Shown here piece by piece: positions 7,396 to 10,713 of a stretch of 10,713 nt of DNA; positions within the stretch are counted from its first letter, which is position 1, and the number at the start of each line of letters is the position of its first letter. Both the position numbers and the translations under genes were made by a program. The notes below the pieces were generated by a model. It made no database searches and was not told where the DNA came from. It was given only the letters and a program-made list of their open reading frames with translations. The DNA is from Lachnospiraceae bacterium (GTDB taxonomy: Bacteria > Bacillota > Clostridia > Lachnospirales > Lachnospiraceae), in assembly GCA_017550425.1 (NCBI GenBank), contig JAFZPG010000052.1, positions 1-10,713 on the forward strand, given 5' to 3'.

Positions 7396-8146
7396 GTCTT
7401 ATCAGCGTAAAGAGCAGGATCAGCACCAGTTCCACGGCGAAAAACACCACGATATTGAGTTCCGGCATGATCCACGGCGAGATCTTCGGATCGAACATTC
7501 CGAAGGGATCTTCCACCACGAAAAACCAGTTATGGAAATAGGAATAACTGCCTGCCGTTCCGTTATAAAGCGTGTTCCCGAGAAGCGCCCAGAGCGTCAT
7601 GCCGGTGATGACCAGAAGGTCGCGGTGGCAGGTCTTAAACGACACACTTTCTTCGCTGTGTACCAGCGTGACGAATCCGTATATCGTCATCGTCCCGTGG
7701 AAAAGGAGCGTCTGGATAACGCGGTAACACCAGGGACTGACCTGATACCACATCAGCCCTGCCGGGTAGATCAGATAGATCAGATTGGAAAGAAATCCCA
7801 GGAGCGCGAAGTGGATACGGAACTTCCGAAGGAACGGGATCCTTCTGCTGAAAAAGCACGCGACGCACATGGCCGTGCAGACATGAAACGGAAGTTTCTC
7901 GATGTCGATCATTTCATAAGCAAAAGGCATGAGGAAGAAGTCGAGGACATAAAGGCCGAAAGGTATGGCGATCAATATCCCCATCACCTTCTCTTTGGTT
8001 TTGCGGTCTTTTCCGCGAAGAAGCAGCGCCACCGCGGTGGTCAAGGCAACAAAGAGGCCGATGCACACCAGGTGCCACGGGCCGAAACAGGTAAAGATCA
8101 CCTCGCCTTTCCGGTCTGACAGAAGATCATGAATATACGAATACAT
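7352..8146 (-). CDS. Polytopic integral membrane protein (265 aa), probably of the YwaF/TIGR02206 (TMEM164-related) family.
   Basis: The track shows a 396-aa ORF (7352-8542), but its N-terminal 132 codons are Arg-rich low-complexity sequence (MRIRHRKLLRRRALLRRRQRL...) that overlaps the 3' end of the flotillin gene. The ATG at 8144-8146 (MYSYIHDLL...) is preceded by GGGAAGGGGG and by a good promoter (see next feature). The protein has ~7 hydrophobic helices with FGPWH and PFHVC motifs reminiscent of the YwaF family; the family assignment is from memory of the motifs, not a search. The stop TAG is at 7352-7354. Confidence 0.65.
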   Translation of the reverse strand: MYSYIHDLLSDRKGEVIFTCFGPWHLVCIGLFVALTTAVALLLRGKDRKTKEKVMGILIAIPFGLYVLDFFLMPFAYEMIDIEKLPFHVCTAMCVACFFSRRIPFLRKFRIHFALLGFLSNLIYLIYPAGLMWYQVSPWCYRVIQTLLFHGTMTIYGFVTLVHSEESVSFKTCHRDLLVITGMTLWALLGNTLYNGTAGSYSYFHNWFFVVEDPFGMFDPKISPWIMPELNIVVFFAVELVLILLFTLIRPNVSAETTAEREDA

Positions 8147-8174
8147 AGCAAGACGCCCCCTTCCCGACACTTTC

Positions 8175-8203
8175 ATTGTACGGGAAACCGCTTCGCGGCT
8201 CAA
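8175..8203 (-). promoter_or_regulatory. Sigma-A-type promoter for the membrane-protein gene.
   Basis: On the minus strand: TTGAGC (-35, plus 8198-8203), a 17-bp spacer, then TACAAT (-10, plus 8175-8180). The predicted TSS is near 8168, giving a ~22-nt leader that contains the GGGGG RBS. Confidence 0.5.
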
Positions 8204-8217
8204 GGCTTCTCTGCGCC

Positions 8218-8276
8218 AAAAGAACTGTCGCCCGGCACGGCTCGAAAAGGACTGTCGCCCGGTGCTTTTCGAAAAG
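8218..8276. repeat. Two tandem imperfect 32-bp direct repeats (period 27 bp, overlapping by AAAAG) ending in a perfect 12-bp palindrome, located just upstream of the -35 box.
   Basis: R1 is 8218-8249 (aaaagaactgtcgcccggcacggctcgaaaag) and R2 is 8245-8276 (aaaaggactgtcgcccggtgcttttcgaaaag). They share AAAAGRACTGTCGCCCGG...CGAAAAG. cttttcgaaaag (8265-8276) is its own reverse complement. Confidence 0.55.
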
Positions 8277-8296
8277 AAATTCCGCCGATATAAAAG

Positions 8297-8340
8297 AAAC
8301 CCGCAAAGCAGGAAATCCACTTTGCGGGTTTTGTGTTCTG
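8297..8340. terminator. Bidirectional rho-independent terminator; on the minus strand it terminates the nfeD-floT operon.
   Basis: The stem cccgcaaag (8300-8308) / ctttgcggg (8320-8328) has an 11-nt loop. On the minus strand it is followed by tttcttttatat (U-run); on the plus strand it is followed by ttttgtgttctgttg. Confidence 0.7.
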
Positions 8341-8402
8341 TTGTGAGACAGACCTCATTTGCGTCATGTCGCTCCCCCGTTTCGTCGGGGCTTGAGGATC
8401 CC

Positions 8403-10085
8403 TTAGAAATCCGTTGACAGATCGTCCATGCCTTCTGTCGGATTCTTGGTCCAGATTGGGCCGTCATCCTTCGGAGCCGGAGTCGTTGTCTGCGTCGTAG
8501 AAGCGCTCTGCGCCGGAGAAGCTTTCTGTGTCGGATCCGCATGCTGCAGTGTTTCGACCTTGGCCTGCGGTTTCACAACCGGAGCTGTCTCCTTCGGTGC
8601 TTCCGCCGTCTTCACTTCTTTTGCATTGGCCGCAACAGCACCCGCATCAGAAGCCGGAACAACTTCACCGTCTTCGGTCTTGTCCATCTTCTTGCCGAGG
8701 AACTCAGGCAGGTTCATACCGGCCATCTCGAAGATCTCGTTCATCGGAGGCACGCTCTTCATAAGACCGGAGATGAAATTCGCGGTAGAGCTTTTGCCAT
8801 CGCCGGAGCCACTGCCTGCACCACTGTCCCAAACGGTGACCTTGTCGATCTTGAGGTCGCGGATCGCTTCCACCTGGATCTTCATGAGGTCTTCCATCTT
8901 GTCGGCCAGCATGAGCATCATAGCATTCTTGGCGTCTCCGCCGGCTGCTGCCACGATCTTCTCGAAACCTGCGGCCTGCTTCTGGAGGATCTCCTGCATA
9001 CCACGAGCCTGAGCTTCCATCTTAGCGTAGATCGCGTCAGCTTCACCGGCTGCACGTCTTCTGATCTTCTCGGCTTCTGCCTCAGCAGCCAGCTCGACTT
9101 CTCTCTTATTGATCTCGGCCTTAACGATAACGTCGGCCTCGAGGGTGGCTTTCTCTCTTGCGGAACGCGAGAGCTCAGCTTCTTTTTCTGCTGCGTACGC
9201 TTCTTCCAAAGCCTTAGCGGCCTGAACCTTCTCTGCTGCGATCGCCAGTCTCATTGCCTCAGCGGCTTTCTCACGGCGTACAGCCTCGGAGTTCGCAACT
9301 TCGATCTTTGCGTTGTTCTCACCCTGGATCGCCATGGAGTTTGCGGATGCAACCTGGATTCTCTGATCTTTCTGGGCAAGAGCCTCACCGATAGAACCGT
9401 CTCTTTCCTTCTCGGCAACGTTCTTCTTCGCATCGTTGATGGCCTTAGCAGCAGCCTCTTTACCAAGAGCGCTGATGTAGCCGGACTCATCGGAAATATC
9501 CGTAACGTTTACGTTGATGAGACGAAGACCGATCTTCTTAAGCTCGGTCTCCACGTTTCTGGAAACCGCCTCGAGGAACTTATCACGGTCGGTGTTGATT
9601 TCCTCGATGTCCATGGTCGCGATGACCAGACGGAGCTGACCGAAGATGATATCCTTCGCCAGTTCCTGGATCTCATTGAGCTTGAGGCCCAGGAGACGCT
9701 CGGCGGCGTTCTGCATGATACCGGGCTCCGTAGAGATACCGACGGTAAAGATAGACGGTACGTCGATACGGATGTTCTGACGGGACAGGGCGCTCTTGAG
9801 GTCTACAGCGATCGAGAGCGGTGTCAGGTCGAGGTACTGGTAAGACTGAATGATCGGCCAAACAAACGCAGCACCACCGTGGATACATTTCGATGAGCGT
9901 GCGGTACCGTCCGCATTCTTTCCGACCTTACCATAGATGACCATGATGCGGTCAGAAGGGCATTTTCTGTATCTTGAAAGAAAGATCAAGAACAGTGTGA
10001 ACGCCAGAAGAGCGATGACGACGAGTAAGCAGATCAGCTCAAATGGCATGGCAGCCAACATTACATTCATTAATTTCATTGGCAT
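8403..10085 (-). CDS. floT: Flotillin-like SPFH/band-7 protein (FloT/YuaG type), 560 aa, with a long low-complexity C-terminal tail.
   Basis: It has an N-terminal membrane hairpin (MNVMLAAMPFELICLLVVIALLAFTLFLIFL), then an SPFH core (VWPIIQSYQYLDLTPLSIAV...), then an extended Ala/Glu-rich coiled-coil segment (AAEKVQAAKALEEAYAAEKEAEL...), the typical FloT architecture. The ATG at 10083-10085 is preceded by AGGAGG (plus-strand cctcct, 10094-10099) with an 8-nt spacer. The stop TAA is at 8403-8405. Confidence 0.9.
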   Translation of the reverse strand: MPMKLMNVMLAAMPFELICLLVVIALLAFTLFLIFLSRYRKCPSDRIMVIYGKVGKNADGTARSSKCIHGGAAFVWPIIQSYQYLDLTPLSIAVDLKSALSRQNIRIDVPSIFTVGISTEPGIMQNAAERLLGLKLNEIQELAKDIIFGQLRLVIATMDIEEINTDRDKFLEAVSRNVETELKKIGLRLINVNVTDISDESGYISALGKEAAAKAINDAKKNVAEKERDGSIGEALAQKDQRIQVASANSMAIQGENNAKIEVANSEAVRREKAAEAMRLAIAAEKVQAAKALEEAYAAEKEAELSRSAREKATLEADVIVKAEINKREVELAAEAEAEKIRRRAAGEADAIYAKMEAQARGMQEILQKQAAGFEKIVAAAGGDAKNAMMLMLADKMEDLMKIQVEAIRDLKIDKVTVWDSGAGSGSGDGKSSTANFISGLMKSVPPMNEIFEMAGMNLPEFLGKKMDKTEDGEVVPASDAGAVAANAKEVKTAEAPKETAPVVKPQAKVETLQHADPTQKASPAQSASTTQTTTPAPKDDGPIWTKNPTEGMDDLSTDF

Positions 10086-10108
10086 TTTCGTTTCCTCCTA
10101 CTTCTTGT

Positions 10109-10713
10109 TTAGTTATGTTTGGTCACAATCAGTGTTGTACCCTTTGTAATACCGATCACCGTCACCTGTGTCCCGGTGGGGATCTTTTCCTCTTCGTCCG
10201 TGACCGCTTCAAATTCACGAAGCTGGTCCTGGACCTTTACCATGACCTTACCGGGCTGCTCGCGCTTACCGGGGATCGGGATGTACACTTCGCCGGACTG
10301 GCCGAGTGCGAAGCGGATATTGAGTGTACCGTCCGACTGGATCTTCTGCATGGCCCAAAGTGCAAGGCCCATCAGGAACATTGCCGCAAAGCCGCAGATA
10401 AAAGCCAGTATCGACGCGCCCCAGATCGGAAGTCCGCCCTTGAGGAACAGAAGTCCTGTCCATCCGAAGATGCAGAAGAATGCGATGATTCCCTGCATGG
10501 TGATGAGTTTGAATCCCGATCCGTGGATCTTGTCCGCGCGGTCGACATACGTCCTGCCGTCCGGAAGATCCTGATCCGGAATACCTACGTCCGGTCCGTG
10601 GATACCACCCTCGTGAGGCAGCGCCTCCGCCAGATAGATATCACCGCTGTGGACATCAACTACGACACCATCCTGGACCATCTCGAAGTCGTGTGCGACA
10701 TGTCCCACATGAC
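10109..10713 (-). CDS. nfeD: NfeD-like (YuaF-type) membrane protein. The C-terminal ~200 codons are present, and the gene probably starts beyond the right edge.
   Basis: The stop TAA is at 10109-10111, 23 bp upstream of the floT start, which is the classic nfeD-floT arrangement. Two or three TM helices (IIAFFCIFGWTGLLFL, ILAFICGFAAMFLMGLALWAM) are followed by a beta-rich OB-fold-like C-terminus (GKVMVKVQDQLREFEAVTDEEEKIPTGTQVTVIGITKGTTLIV). The reading frame remains open and coding-like up to the window edge. The first in-window Met lacks an RBS. Confidence 0.75.
   Translation of the reverse strand, partial: HVGHVAHDFEMVQDGVVVDVHSGDIYLAEALPHEGGIHGPDVGIPDQDLPDGRTYVDRADKIHGSGFKLITMQGIIAFFCIFGWTGLLFLKGGLPIWGASILAFICGFAAMFLMGLALWAMQKIQSDGTLNIRFALGQSGEVYIPIPGKREQPGKVMVKVQDQLREFEAVTDEEEKIPTGTQVTVIGITKGTTLIVTKHN

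Noticed and set aside
7352-8542. Full 396-aa version of the membrane-protein ORF
   Set aside because: The first 132 codons are poly-Arg/Leu low-complexity sequence that overlap the flotillin 3' end and span its terminator. The internal ATG at 8146 has its own RBS and a sigma-A-type promoter.
8541-9896. 451-aa plus-strand ORF
   Set aside because: It is antisense to the flotillin gene, a mirror-frame artefact of the long Ala/Glu-rich coiled-coil coding region.
1-10713. Mobile elements, CRISPR arrays, tRNA/rRNA genes, toxin-antitoxin or defence-system signatures
   Set aside because: I found no terminal inverted repeats, no transposase- or integrase-like ORFs, no regularly spaced repeat arrays, and no tRNA-like cloverleaf segments. 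The gene content is housekeeping and membrane physiology.

Overview
This window looks like an ordinary chromosomal region of a moderately GC-rich Firmicute, probably a Clostridia-type organism. I find no mobile element, CRISPR array, tRNA or rRNA, and no sign of a novel multi-gene system. I call nine protein-coding genes, eight of them on the minus strand. From left to right: (1) a partial gap (GAPDH) gene, 1-615 minus, not in the ORF track because it has no in-window stop; (2) a MATE efflux transporter; (3) a small MBL-fold metallo-hydrolase; (4) an AqpZ-like aquaporin, the only plus-strand gene apart from 6, ending in a tandem-repeat tail and followed by two tandem intrinsic terminators; (5) a polytopic membrane protein with a degenerate GGDEF and an EAL domain, i.e. 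c-di-GMP signalling; (6) a DUF2974/Mbeg1-like lipase-class-3-type alpha/beta hydrolase; (7) a YwaF/TIGR02206-like integral membrane protein, with a readable sigma-A-type promoter and two tandem 32-bp direct repeats just upstream; (8) a FloT-type flotillin (SPFH/band 7), preceded 23 bp upstream by (9) an NfeD-like gene that runs off the right edge, the classic nfeD-floT operon. The long plus-strand ORFs in the track that overlap these genes (16-750, 903-2069, 3681-4634, 7304-8119, 8541-9896) are mirror-frame artefacts of GC-rich coding sequence. The most unusual points are: the sensor protein, whose GGDEF and EAL motifs both look degenerate and whose GGDEF core carries a charged insertion; the direct-repeat element at the membrane-protein promoter; the in-frame tandem coding repeats in the aquaporin tail and the long low-complexity flotillin tail; and a 44-bp tail-to-tail gene overlap.
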